From NCBI RefSeq assembly GCF_006345805.1, contig NC_043005.1, positions 9,548,001 to 9,612,000 of the forward strand: a stretch of 64,000 bases of DNA, written 5' to 3'. Below the pieces are notes generated by a model. The model did not search any database and had not been told where the DNA came from. It saw nothing but the letters and a program-made list of their open reading frames with translations. The translations under genes were made by a program, and so were the position numbers. Every line of letters begins with the position of its first letter. The first letter of the stretch is position 1. Below, piece after piece: positions 25,401 through 39,210 of the stretch. This stretch comes from Octopus sinensis (lineage: Eukaryota).

Positions 25401-26050
25401 CAATGGTCTATTTCTTACATACACTACTGCTTTATATACTCTCTCCACACATAAATACTTACTTTCGGCTAACGTGGGTTTCTACAAAACCCTTTTTACT
25501 GCTGCTGTCCAAATAGATATCCCTTGAATTATTTTAGGCTTTGAGGTGATCCTTGCCAAATAGTTATTTGAGTATAATTCATGCTGTAATCCATTTTCCA
25601 GCTTTTATCTTTTTGTTGTCAGTTGTCGTTTCACTCCGAGCCAATCATCATAGAACAAAACTATTATAGGTCATTCTAGCCTTCACCATTCTGTTTCTCT
25701 GCTATTTGCCGGGAAACTATCTTCACATTATCGAACATGTTCTTCTAAGACGTTTATCATGAACAAAGAGTGAATTGGCTTCTATTTCTAGGAGATTGTG
25801 TGATCCATATTGAGTCACTCTTCGTTGTTGTCTGTGGAAGTTTCGACATTGTTATTATATCTTTCCCTGAGGGTCAAATCATGAGCAGCCACTGCTCTGA
25901 CAACGAAAACTTCTGAAAAATATCAACCTGCATTTTATCCAGTTTTCTTTTCTCTATTGTCACTTTTAACTCTAACCATAGATCTAAATCTTCACCATAC
26001 GGAAACAATCAACATACAATCCTCAGAGAGTACGGGTAACAAAGTTTCAT
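22450..26050 (-). mobile_element. Old, heavily decayed LINE (RT remnant)
   Basis: IRPQSPFSPTFNLF (cf. GVRQGCPLSPxLFN) in ORF 23873-24151 and YLRQKRIRWPSKV (cf. RRLRWxGHV) in ORF 23339-23548, in collinear order. Boundaries are approximate. Confidence 0.5.
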
Positions 26051-26155
26051 TACAGATATTACTTGACATGACATGACAGCTCCGTTCAAATTCTGTGATT
26101 TCCTCGCATCTACACACATACACACGCGCAAACATATGTCCCGTGATATATATAT

Positions 26156-26188
<33 letters not shown>

Positions 26189-26204
26189 TCTTTTATTCTT
26201 TTAT

Positions 26205-26490
26205 TCATTTATTCTCTTGTTTCAGTCTCTTGTTTCATGCCGAAGCGCCCCGCCTTAAAGGGTGTTAACCGCTAAGATACGGGGCGTAAACATACCAGCA
26301 CCGGTTGTCAAGTGATGTTGATGGAGGACAAATACAGACGCAAAGTCATACACACACATAAATAAATATATATGCGGCGGGTTTCTTTCAGTTTCCGTTT
26401 ACCAAATTCCCTCACAATGCTTTAGGTGCCACGCAGTGGGACCGAACGCTGAACCATGTGGAAGCAAACTTCTTACCACACAGCCATGGG
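26205..26490 (-). mobile_element. SINE family A, internally deleted
   Basis: Head, central and tail pieces with gaps. Confidence 0.7.
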
Positions 26491-26494
26491 ACGT

Positions 26495-26562
<68 letters not shown>

Positions 26563-26639
26563 TATAGTTGTCTAAGAATCTTTGAATGAGAGAAAGTACG
26601 CACTCGAATACCAGTTGATAGAGTGAAAATGTCATTATT

Positions 26640-27900
26640 AATAAAATAGAATATTAAATTCTCATAACGACTCTATTTCATATTTGGTTTCATGCCAGGA
26701 GCTGATAAAAATCATGGCAATCATCAGAAAAATATCAGAGGAATAACAGGGCGTTTTGGTTTTTGCCACTAGAAGTCTGAAAGTGTCATATCCAAGTTGC
26801 CCGTCTGGACGGTGTTGTACAACATCAGAACGGAATCACCTGGAACAAAACCAGAGAGGTACTATCGGTGTCATGTGCGTTTAGTTGTCCTCTATTACCT
26901 CTCTTTCTTGGTAGGTAGAATCTGTCGGTATTACTTTTAGACTGATGTGTGAGTTTTGTGAATAGCTTTCTAGTTCTTCGGTTCATATTCTGTTGCTTGA
27001 CCTTAGTTCATTTCTGGAAGGAAATAAAGAATCTTAATACTGGTCTAGTCCATGTATTTATTGCTTTAATGATACTAATTACTTTTACTTTCGTTTCAAG
27101 TAAATTTCTAATTCTTCTTTTGTACTCATTAGATATTTTCTCTCGTAATTCCCTTTCCATTATCCTATCAACTTGCAGCACCCCTAGATATTTCCATCCT
27201 TCATTATTCCACAGCAAATTTAATCCTGTTGCCTAATGGTAATTTTTATGCCCTCAGAGCTTACCTTCCGGTCACTCTTCATAATTAGCACCACACACTT
27301 ACCCCAAACCGCTGTCCAATATCCTTGTGAATATTCTTACCGTTACATTCGAAAAATCTAGGTTTGTCTCATGTTTCGTAATTAGTTTGAGGTCATTCAC
27401 ACGAAATAAGTAATATATTTTCACCTTGGTTTTCGTAACCTCGTAGAAGCCTAGATTTTCTCCGTAGACTTTCTAATGGGATTAATACAATATTATTGGT
27501 ATTAACAGATTGTGGAGGCGCAATGGCCCAGTGGTTGGACCGGGCGTTGTGAGTGTTTATTGAGCGAAAACACCTAAAAGTTCCACGAGGCTCCGGCAGG
27601 GGATGGTGGTGACCCCTGCTGTACTCTTTCACCACAACTTTCTCACTCTTAGTTCCTGTTTCTGTTGTACCTGTATTTCAAAAGGGCCGGCCTTGTCACT
27701 CTCTGTGTCACGCTGAATATCCCCGAGAACTCCGTTAAGGGTACACATGTCTGTGGAGTGCTCAACCACTTGCACGTTAATTTCACGAGCAGGCTGTTCC
27801 GTTGATCGGATCAACCGGAACCCTCGTCGTCGTAACCGACGGAGTGCTTCCATCCATTAACAGATTATCATCGGGGAGATGTGTATTTATATCGTGCATA
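26640..27900 (-). mobile_element. R4/Dong-type LINE RT remnant, interrupted by SINE C
   Basis: LFRVNDLKL (YMDDLKL-like), WKYLGVLQ..ISNEYKRRIRNLL..IIKAINTW, NTDRFYLPRKRGNRG. Confidence 0.75.
27512..27855 (+). mobile_element. SINE family C (tail type 1), part of tRNA head deleted
   Basis: 11-bp TSD ATTAACAGATT (27501-27511 / 27856-27866). Body matches 55039-55426. Confidence 0.9.
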
Positions 27901-29944
27901 TATAGTCTTAGATTCAATCAGAGAGCCATTTGCCTTACTATGTATTATAATATATTATTAGCATTCGCTATCGGTGTAGAATCACTCTTCCTTCTCCTCC
28001 TTCTACTTCTCACCCTCCACTTCATCATCATCCTCATCATCATCATCATAATGAACTCACATCCAGCGTGATGGTTCTTGTGATTACAGGTAATTCAACC
28101 ACTGCCGACTGCGACATGATCACGGCAGTGGTCGTCATGGTGATAGCTGTGATCAATATCGTGATCATTATCATCATCATCATCATCATCGTCGTCGTCG
28201 TCATCATCATTAGTAACATTACCATCAACATCATCATGAATATCTTCTTTCTCATTTTCATAATTACTATATCAGTTAATTCCATCGATAAAAAAATCTA
28301 ATTCCTAAATTAATTACATCTACGTATAATTAGTAAACTATCATATTGTTTAAAATAGCAAATGAACAACCAAAGTTGAATCGTACGAACAGTAAGAGAA
28401 TAGAATTACTTTAATATAATACAGAGAAAATTAATAACATAACTAATATATTTATAATTCCTATAAATGAGATACAATTTCCTTTTATTCTTAAATGCAT
28501 CGTCGTCAAAGTTTATAATGAAATCTACTTTGATTTAATGAAATGTAATCATTTGATGTGGGTTTTTTTTTCGTTTGTTTCTCGTTATGTTTTTATCATT
28601 TTAAGGAGGGAAGTATTAGATGTTGTTTACCCTCGGTAAATATTCAATATTGTAGGATTTGCAGCGAAGAGAAATTGTTTAGATTAGCTTATGTTGTGGC
28701 CCTAGCTTGGCAAAATCATTGGTAAACATAACGAAGACATTTAAAAAGTGGATGGTTTTAGAACATATTATGGTTGCTTGTGGGACATCTCTAATCCATT
28801 CATGATGTAGAACTATGACCAGACGTGTCAAAGTTATGTCTATCTATATCTTGTTTAGCCCCACAATACATCTAGCATTACAACTGTTTCAATGCGTTCT
28901 CATAAATTGAACACGTTTATATTTCGTAATTTGTTAGGCGTTATTTCAGTGTCATTTCTCTACGTTTTGGCAAATCCAAAAGCTGCGGGGTAAAAGTGAC
29001 TCGTACTGAATGTTTTTAAAGTATTTCTTTTCCGAAATGGAGGACTCAGAAAGCAAACGACATTACTTGTGAGTGATGCGGAATATCACAACAAATGGCA
29101 GGATAAAGCTATATTGTTAGTTGATTATAAATAGGATGAAAGACGTTACACACGAAACCATATCAGCTACTTCTGACTATGTAGAACAAGCGAATCTGAT
29201 GTGTCCCAATTTAAGTGCGTGATGTTAGTAGAATATTAGTTGTTCATTCTTGGCATATCCAGATATTACAAAAAAGGGACACTTCACAGGCTTCTTCTTA
29301 CATTAGAGGTTTCTATTTTCGTGTAATAACATACTAAGTGAAAATGGATCATGATTTTTAAAAGCTAGGTTTGTAGATGAAAATTTACATAAAGAAATAT
29401 AAATAATCCTTATACTTTTTCCTATCTATCATTTTGCAGGATGAAAGTGTACTTGAAAAGTTTGATTAGCAGCTGTGTGACTTTGGATTTATGATATAAT
29501 GGACAAGTGGATTTTGTCATCGATACAAGACCAAAGCAATACGAACGAAATTTGGTGACCCGAAATGTGTAGAAGCTTGTGTTAATGATGTTCTCTTCCG
29601 ACCCAATAGTCTGGCTTCACACCAACACTTGATCCTTTGATGATTTTAGTGGATTCTATTTTATAGCAGGAATTATGGTTAGCTGCCCGGTGTGGAGATG
29701 AACCTCTCGTTCTTCTTTCATGATTTTAAGTTCTGAGAAAGGTATTTTGCTCTGTTGAGCAAGTCCTTAAAAACGTTTGAGGACGATGGTCTAATTATGT
29801 TTTAACCACGACAAAATTTAGCGTTATTGTTTTTTATTTTGTGATGTGGAATATGGTTAACATATAAGTGTTGTAGATATGAGATATCACGCTTAGTCAA
29901 AGCTCAAGTTTAAAAAATTAGAGAATAGCTATTTATTCTTCAAT

Positions 29945-30105
29945 ATTAATATCAGGACCCTTCCGCCTGCATGTTTTGAGTTCAAGTTCCGCCGAGTTCG
30001 ACTTTACCATTCATTCTACCATTTGAACACTAGGGTCGGTACAATCGAGTTAGCCCCTTCCCAAAAATTGCTGGCCTTGTGCCAAAATTTGAAATCAGTA
30101 TTAAT
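29945..30105 (+). mobile_element. Truncated SINE B with B'' tail
   Basis: GTTCAAGTTCCGCCGAG box and tail TGGCCTTGTGCCAAAATTTGAAATC. Confidence 0.7.
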
Positions 30106-31457
30106 ATTAGGACAAACAGAAGAAAGGTGATATCTTAGTTCATCAATTTAAATTGTATTTATGAGTAACCGCTGTGTTAACACCATACAGTAGAATTCTT
30201 TAGATTTATTTCTTATAAATGAGATGTCTATCTGCTTCTTAATAATTTATCATCTCTTGCAGTAACTGAGGCGTAAATATCATAAGAAATGATAACTCAC
30301 AGGCTATTTGATCAGAAGTTAACTTGGATGAGAGCACTGCCTAGAAATAACATATCTCTGAAGTTCCCAAAAAATTTCGTCCACATAGATCCCTCACTCC
30401 TTGTGACTCATGATATTTCCTAAAGAATATAACCATACGGGTTAAGAACCACTGTTCAAATTATTTAATTCTCCAGCAGTTTCGCAATTTACTCCTAAAG
30501 TGCAGCAGAAGAAAATGTGCATTATTAAGAAACTGACTTTTATTGACTTCGGATATATAGGAAGGAAATGTTTACAGAGATTCTATTATGTAACGGTGAC
30601 ACTATGGCTAGTCGTAAATACAATTTAAATTGAAGAACTAAGATATCGCCATCCTTTTATTAGTCTAGATATTAATTATGAAGAATTAATAAACAACTTC
30701 TACGTCTTCAAACAAGAGTTTTGATAAAGGTAATCTATTCCAGCGAATCAGATATTTATTGATTAGTATTTTTTTTCTATTTTAGGAGATTGTCTAACGA
30801 GTCACCAACAATTCGAACATCACAACACGCAGAATGTCATTTAACTATACAAAATAAGAAACAATGGGACGTCGTCGGCAGATGATATGCAGTTTCAATG
30901 CGTCCTAAAAATATTAATACGACATAGATGTATAGTATGATTGCGGAGATTGAACTTACGTAAGTAGAACAATGAGTAAGTTTGTGTCTATCCTTGGTTG
31001 GCCACTGCAGATGTAAAGCAAAAGGAGACAGATGAACAAAGAATTAGAATTTGGAGATCTGGGAATATGAAATATATACATTTCAATATGTTTATGTGGA
31101 TGGTAATCAGGAATATTTTGCAAGAGTTTCAAATTGGATGTAATATATATATATTATGCCTTTGAAGATAAACATGTAGATGATGTGGTATCTCAGTGAT
31201 TGAACGTTCATCAGGGGTTAGCGCGCTCTCTGTCTGACATTCATATTTGCATGTGTTTGATTGCATTTGACACACGACTAAAATTAATATTAAGAAGTAA
31301 TAATTTTCAAAAGCTTGTCGAATATTCTAAATACAATGCATTACTATAATTCAATCAATACATGCACATTCTTGTCACTTGTTAAAGGAAAATAACAATT
31401 ACAGACAGTCATCGAAATGTGATACTTTATACTTAGCAAATAAGGTAATATATAATG

Positions 31458-31512
<55 letters not shown>

Positions 31513-31536
31513 ATGAATAAATAAATAAATAAATAA

Positions 31537-31604
<68 letters not shown>

Positions 31605-31905
31605 TATATATATATATAAACAAAGCGCCCTCGTTTGTATTCCAACGAATCCGCTTAGACTATGAATAGACTAAGCGGAGCAGAAGCACATATGAAGACG
31701 GAAAATATCACTGAAGAGGTCACAGATGCGTGACGAATGATTTCCGGACAAGTTAAAACAAGGGCAGTATTAAACGAGTGAAGAACGAATATATAGAGCA
31801 TGTATTTATTCGGCAAAAGTGACCATCCCGAAATACAACACTATCTGTTTCAAATAAACGTTTCGCATCGGGAAATCTTGCAACACAAACTCATAAAAGT
31901 ATGTG

Positions 31906-32010
<105 letters not shown>

Positions 32011-32197
32011 GTATAATAGGTGTATCTGCCTACATTTTCTTCTTGGCACAGATTTACTATCTCATTTCATTATGCTCCATATAACCCGACCTGCTCATCA
32101 GCTCATACGAAACAATTATGATTATACTGTATACGATAAATTGCTATAATGTTAATGATAATTGCAACATAAACAATATTTATGATTATAATAGTTG

Positions 32198-32276
<79 letters not shown>

Positions 32277-33544
32277 CATATACATATATATACATATATA
32301 TATACATAATTATAAATGCATATATGTATGTATATATATAGAGAGAGAGATAGAGAGAAGGGGAGAGAGTGTAGCATTACGCTTTGAATAAAATGGTTTT
32401 GCTACGTTGTTAATTAATATCAGATAATTTGAATGCATGAGCGTCCTCATAAATAATATATAAAAATAACACCATGCATGATAGGAAAAAGAAATTACAG
32501 TTTAGGACTCCTGTCGCATAATAGGAAAATGAATGAGATTTTTGTCTTGTTCATACTTGAAGAGAATAACTTGGCAGATTCTTCAATTTTTCAATACTAT
32601 GTTAATTAGATTTTGTCAAATATATGCTTTCTCTTCATTTCAATGCGATGCTTTCCTTAGCATATAGCCACGTTCCTTGACAAGCTGATGTTAAAGAAAA
32701 CAATATATTACATTTAATATGTGTATCTAATGAACTGGTACGTGGATATTGAGAAACGTCGAAGGTACACATATTTCCCAAAGCTGTAATTTTACCGCTT
32801 TAAATAGTGTTTCACTGTTAAAAAAGGTGAAATAAAGAAAGCCATACTTAACTCCCTTCTTCCTCAGTTTCCATGCTTATGTTCTGTCTGTTCATCCATT
32901 ATATTTCATTCTCGTTCTGACTGATTTTCAAATGATTTATGTCTGTCCATTCCACTGCACAATAATGAAACTCACCATATTCATGACCAAACACTCCTCT
33001 AGCATTCAGCCATGAATTATATGACCTGAAGCTTTAATCTCCCTTTAAACTATAACTTGTCCATGTGGTAGATAAGTCATATTTTTATATTTGGACATAA
33101 TAGCGAATTGTCTCTTATTGAAAACTAAAACAAAGTCTCAGTAGTGATTGTAAGGTCAGTACAAAACAGTAAATTTGAAAGTCTTAGCCACACTATCAGG
33201 ATATTTCCAATTAAACAATGCTGCACCAATATCGATCTATTCCGTTTTCTATTTCCTTCAATTTACAGCGAAATAAAATCATGTTCAACGTATAAAGAAT
33301 GCACTGGCTTTGTGGTTGACACTTTTAAATGTTACTTTATATCATTCTTAGTAAGATGTGCCTTTTTCGTATGTATGGTGCTGTTTATGTACAATGCACT
33401 ATTGTTGAATCGTGTGTAAGATATTTGTAAATTTAATACAGAAGAATAATAGCGTTTATCGAGTTAAACTACAATGCAAAGGGAAATTGATATTGTCTTT
33501 CGGGAGAGATGTACGGTATTGCAAATATAAAAAACGATAGACGT

Positions 33545-33847
33545 CGCCTTTTTCAAGCCTAGCCAGGCTCATGGGTCCGGTTTCCCGGTTTCTATGGCAT
33601 ATGTCTTTACCCCAGCTGGACGGGACGCCAGTCCATCGCAGCGTTACTCAAGAAACCGGAAGAGAGAGTGAGAGAAAGTTGTGGCGAAAGGGTACAACAG
33701 GGGTCGCCACCACCCCCTGCCGGAGCCTTGTGGAGCTTTTAGGTGTTTTTGCTCAATAATCACACAAAACGCCCGGTCTGGAAATTGAAACCGCAATTCT
33801 CCGTCTGCCTTTCCGCTACCCTAAACACTGGACCATTGCGCATCCAC
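33545..33847 (-). mobile_element. SINE family C head with V-domain-like body (tail type 2)
   Basis: Family C head and linker, then GCTGCGATGGACTGGCGTCCCGTCCAG...TAGAAACCGGG, resembling the V-SINE central domain. Confidence 0.75.
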
Positions 33848-34494
33848 TAAGAATATAGCACATTCATATTGTTTCTTTTAAGTTCTTACTCCGAGGAGAG
33901 AGTAATGCCTTTGACGTTTCTCGGAACTCTGACAACAATGGCAGCAAAAATTTTATACTCTGCCCGGAGACCTGGCCCGAAACGATTCCATTAATTGCAA
34001 TCTTGTGGTGTTAAAACCGGAAAAAGATTAAATTTTATGTCTGTGCACCATTTTGTAGGATAAAATGTTATTGCAGTGTTCCATAAGAAGTAGCTTTGCC
34101 ACTATAAACACATGTTCTGATTATTATTTTTTATATTTGGACTCCTTTCATTATTCTGTCATTTCAGTCGGTGTGGTTTGATATAATCTTTGTGGCATCA
34201 ACCAAAATGCGTGAAGTTATATTTAATTACGACTCCTTATGTTATGATTTCAAGTTTCGCATCAAGTCAATATTACAATTTACTATTCTGGATCCAATAA
34301 AATAAAGTAAGAGTAAAGAATTGGTGTCAGTTAATTATAGTTAAGTCAAACTTGTAAGCCAAAGTGCCAATGTTATATGTCAGTGCTTATTTCTATATCC
34401 TGGTTCTTATAGTCAGTTGCATAGCCCCGTGCCTGAACTTTTACGCGTTTTGTGGAGGTTTGAAACGGTCAGATAACATATCTTGCTATGCTAA

Positions 34495-35090
34495 GGCGGC
34501 TAGCTGGCAGAACCGTTAGCACGCCGGGCGAAATGCGTAGCCTTATTTCGTTTGCCGCTACGTTCTGAGTTCAAATTCCGCCGAGGTCGACTTTACTTTT
34601 CATCCTTTCGGGGTCGATTAAATAAGTACCAGTTACGCACTGGGGTCGATATAATTGACTTAATCCGTTTGTCTGTTCTTTTTTGTCCCCTCTGTGTTTA
34701 TCTCCTTGTTAGGTAGTAAAGAAATAAGTATTTCGTCTGCCGTTACGTTCTGAGTTCAAATTCCGCCGAGGTCAACTTTGTCTTTCATCCTTTCGGGGTC
34801 GATTAAATAAGTACCAGATACGCACTGCGGTCGATGTAATCGACTTATTCCGTTTGTCTGTCCTTGTTTGTCCCTTCTATGTTTAGCCCCTTGTGGGCAA
34901 TAAGGAAATAAGAATCGTTAGTACGCTGGGCAAAATGCTTAGCGGCATTTCTTCTGTCCTTACGTTCTGAGTTCAAATTAGGCCATGGTTGACTTCGGGG
35001 TCGAAAAAGTAAGTAGCAGTTAAGCACGAAATCGACATACCACATCCCTCCCGCTTGTTGTCATTGTGCCAAAATTTGAAACCAATATTA
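34495..35090 (+). mobile_element. SINE family B trimer ending in a B'' tail
   Basis: Units at 34495, 34728 and 34912. Flanking duplication CTTGCTATGCTAA / CTTGCTACGCAAA (11/13). Confidence 0.85.
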
Positions 35091-36262
35091 CTTGCTACGC
35101 AAAACTTTTTATTTCTTAAAATACATTATGCAATAGTGTCGGCAGCGCTGTAAACGAATTGCGGGTTTGTAATTCGAAAAGGGTAAATTAAGAGATGCAT
35201 TCTGTATTCAGTATTTCTCCCAAAACTGCCTCTCGATGACGTATATGGAATTACTGATTCTGGGTTTATACAGTTTCTTATGCTGTAAATTGATCAAGTG
35301 GATTGTCACCTCATTAAATTTCTGTGTGACTGACCGGTCCACTGAAACGTGTTTCTTAATTCAATTCTCATACAGAGATAGAATGACAGAGTAAAATGTA
35401 TCTGACAGGCATCCTACAAATATAGGTCCACCCATGGGAATAGCAAATTATGTTTGCTTAAGTTGCCATGGAATAAAATCAAGTTCGTTACCACTTGTAA
35501 ACAGAGCGAAATTCTAAATCATTCGCCCATAAGCTACAATGAACGTGCGCGAATGTGTATACACATAAAACATACTCACACACTTGTGTATTAAAGTAAC
35601 AAGAATGGACGATTCCAAAGATTGCTACGTGCGTTTCAGTAGCGTGGTCGTCATTTATTCAACACTGAGTAATAATGATATTAAGTAATTTAAAGTTATT
35701 GCATAGCTGCACTGTTTCCTGAGGCCATATCCAGCCCTTTATCCGCGAAATCGGATTGACCTATGAAGAGAAATATATGTTTGTATAATTCATTCAATTT
35801 CGTATTTAATCAAGGAACAGTTCATGGCTAACATACCTGGTCGTATTCCAAAACATTTCAGATGAGCACCGTTTGAAATTAATCTACTTTTTTAATTAAT
35901 TAATATCTTAACTACATAATTATAGAATTTATTAAGCTGTTTCGTATCGAAACAGCTGTTGAAATATATTGTAATGGGTCTCAAATCTATGGCGTTGAGT
36001 GTTTATGTACGTTTTAGTCGAATCTGTGTATAAATGCAAGAGGTCTTACGTTGCATTTACTGCAATCTTATTATGCTACAATATGTTGGAGTTTATTAAT
36101 TAATTCCTTAAACTACCTTTAATTAATAAGGGATTATTAATTAATCCCTTAAAGTACTTTTTGATGTTTTACGCATTACCAATTTTAATATGAATGCATA
36201 TATGCATACATATGTACATACGCTCACAGACATATATATGTGTGTGTGTATGCATATATATA

Positions 36263-36307
<45 letters not shown>

Positions 36308-36811
36308 AGAGAGAGAGAGAGAGAGATGTACTCGCATAGCAAGTAATTTGATCTGAGATCGTGTGCTGAAACGAAAACAATTACAGCGTGGAGATGCAGC
36401 ACGGATTTTTGTCAGTGAACAGGTCGCGGATTTTAGCGACGAAAATATTTTGACAAATTAAACTTAAATGTTGAAGTGAATCGAACGGCTTTTGTGTGTT
36501 TCTTAAATGGCTTATAAACACCTTCCACGCTGCAATTGTATATATATATATATATATATATATACACAAATACACACGCACTTACATAGTTCAAATTTAC
36601 AGAAAATGAAAGACGAAGACAGATGTAGAACTACAAAGAGGTGTATTAGTTTAACGCTCAGGAAGAATGGAAATGTCCTTTATGTTTAGAGCCTACGCTT
36701 TCGACAGAAGGATTAAGAAGAATAAAGGAAAGAGTGAAAAAGAAAAATACAAGAGAAAAAGATGTGAAGAGAAGAACGGTGCAACAATACATACTTACAT
36801 ACATATATATA

Positions 36812-36933
36812 TGGCCTGCTCGCTAAGCCAGCGGGATGGCGTCATTTGAAGGCTAAAACAATGCGAAGCGCATTGTGACCAGCGATGTGTAGCAACATCT
36901 GATAGCCTGGTCGATCACGGTGATCATGGTGAT
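36812..36933 (+). mobile_element. Orphan retroposon 3' tail (SINE C tail type 3)
   Basis: TGGCCTGCTCGCTAAGCCAGCGGGATGG matches the window-end sequence at 63973-64000. Ends in GATCACGGTGATCATGGTGAT. Confidence 0.55.
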
Positions 36934-37050
36934 ATATATATATATATATAATCTAAATAACGAGGGAGATAAATTGAATATTAGTTTAATTAATATCAAT
37001 TTAAAACCAGTAGCCTAGCTAATATAAAAATATCTGAAAAATCAGGAAAA

Positions 37051-37366
37051 ATTTCAATACATGTGTATATTTAGGGATAAACCGCTAGCTGGATAACCAT
37101 ACGCTAGAAGAAGATCACATACGATCTCACTACAAAGAAAAAAATGTTCTCCAGAGAAAATTCAGCGAACACCAGAATATAAGCGGGCAAGAACGATTGA
37201 TTTCTATATAATTTTCATCATTCTTGCCCGCCTATGTTCTGCTGTTCGCTGAAGTCACTCTGGAGAACACTTTTCCTTTGTAGTTAGATCGTATGTGATC
37301 TTCTTCTAGCGTATGGTTATCAACCTAGTGGTTTTTTTAGCCCTAAATATACACATGTATTGAAAT
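37051..37366. repeat. Long imperfect inverted repeat (foldback element)
   Basis: ~145-150-bp arms, roughly 85% complementary by eye, short AT-rich spacer. Confidence 0.9.
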
Positions 37367-37899
37367 ATATATATATATATATATACGTATACAAAGACCA
37401 CACATAAGCATATGCTTATATACATTTGGGAATGGGGTCTTAGTATATCCGGACCAATACCAAATCACCACTCGACACAAGATCCTTGTCGAAGGAATAT
37501 ATAGGAAAGAAAATAAGATATAAGTATTCTGTTAATCCAATTTGCATCCCATCCAAAATGTAAAACCTAGGAATTCAGTTTGGTATTGTCAACGTAAAAT
37601 ATAAATGTAAAATGTAAACGAAGCAATGAAGACGACCATATCCCATTTCTTCTTCAGTGATGATCGTTTCAATAATTAATATTATATTTTATATCAATCA
37701 ACTTGACTGATTACGCAGATATTAAAAGAAAGCTTTTCTAATCGTTTCTGTAGATGAATTTTTTTAAAACTTAACAAAGTATAGTAGATAGTGAATATTT
37801 ATTTAAAATCGTACGTTATTACATATTTATATATAAACGATTATGTTAACTGATAGAAAATATTCTACTGATTATCGAAGCAACTGTCACAGAAAAATA

Positions 37900-38454
37900 T
37901 TGGGTTGTCCGGAAGGTTCATGCCGATGAAGGAAAGATAATGGTCAATAAATATTTGCCATTACATTTTTAATCAACCAAATATGAACCATTTTGTTGCA
38001 CAATGTATCTCCATCTTTTCTTTTACTTGAAAGTACCTTCTTCCCAGAATTGAGGTGGTTTCATAGCAAAGAATTAATCGAGGTATCTTTTTACATCATC
38101 GAAGGAATTAGAAGTTTTACCATTAAGACTATTCTGCAGAGACTTGTATAAGTGGAAATCCAAAGGAGCAATATAGGGTGAATATGGAGTGAGGGGTAAC
38201 ACATCCCAGCCGAGCTGCAGCAATTTTTTTCCAAAGCATCACGTACCGAAAATGAACTTTCTTATCTTCCATTTTAAAGGGTTATAGAATTAACACAGAT
38301 TATAGGAACATAAACCTTCTTCCACGAAAAGATAGCTTAAACTGTGCACTAAATGGAGGTGTAGTCAAATCCCAATTTGTGGACTCAAACATGTTCTAAA
38401 ATAAGTTGAAATGTAAGCTACTATAAATCGGCACGAACTTTCTGGACAACCCAA
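37900..38454 (-). mobile_element. Internally deleted mariner element
   Basis: TIRs TTGGGTTGTCCGGAAGGTTCATGCCGA / TCGGCACGAACTTTCTGGACAACCCAA with TA flanks. Remnant LGWDVLPLTPYSPYIAPLDFHLYKSLQNSLNGK. Confidence 0.88.
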
Positions 38455-39210
38455 TATATAATAGTGAAAGAAGCAGTATTAATACATTGAGGTAATATTT
38501 ACCTCCATATAAATGTGGATGTTCTGTTAGATCAAACTTTACTCCGGTAGGTACCATGAGAGAAGCTGTCATATAGGCTTTTGATGGAAAATGCATGCTT
38601 ATTTATATCGCTAATGAGAGATACGTCTCCACCAATTCCATTGCCATCACCACCAGATCACGTGATTTCGACCTTCCCTGGCCTCTTCAATGATAGACGC
38701 TCGACTGCTAGATTTATCAGCGTCCCATCTCCCTGCCAGCAATATATAGAACAACACCGTGGAAACAGTTGCTAGCAACGTTATTAGTCAGTGATCCTGT
38801 TGAAAATACATGTATTAGCCGCACACGCAGATTGTTACTGCTTAAGAACAACTTTAGAAGTTAGTGCACAGGATTTTAATAAAAAATCTGATGTTAAATA
38901 ATCAATATAAATAATATTATTCTAGCATCGGAAGCTGAATTGTTCATATGGTCTTTGATCCGGAAACCGAATTCCAATCCAAAACCACAGATGCGGAAAG
39001 CGACGCTGTAAACCACACAGCCAAGCCAACTACAAAATCTAGACGAATTTTCCTCAAATGCAATAGTTATTAATTACTATGCAAAATGTTTCTTTCACAA
39101 TTTTGCTACCTGTGCAGCAAATACCCGCCATCAATTGCATTTATTCACGTTTGGAAATAATCCAGGAGTACCATAATCCTTGTGATTAGTATAACCAATC
39201 TATATTACCT

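Noticed and set aside
29037-29493. Spliced micro-ORF MEDSESKRHYL + MKVYLKSLISSCVTLDL
   Set aside because: 28 codons, hand-picked junction and no recognisable homology; kept only as part of the splice-signal finding
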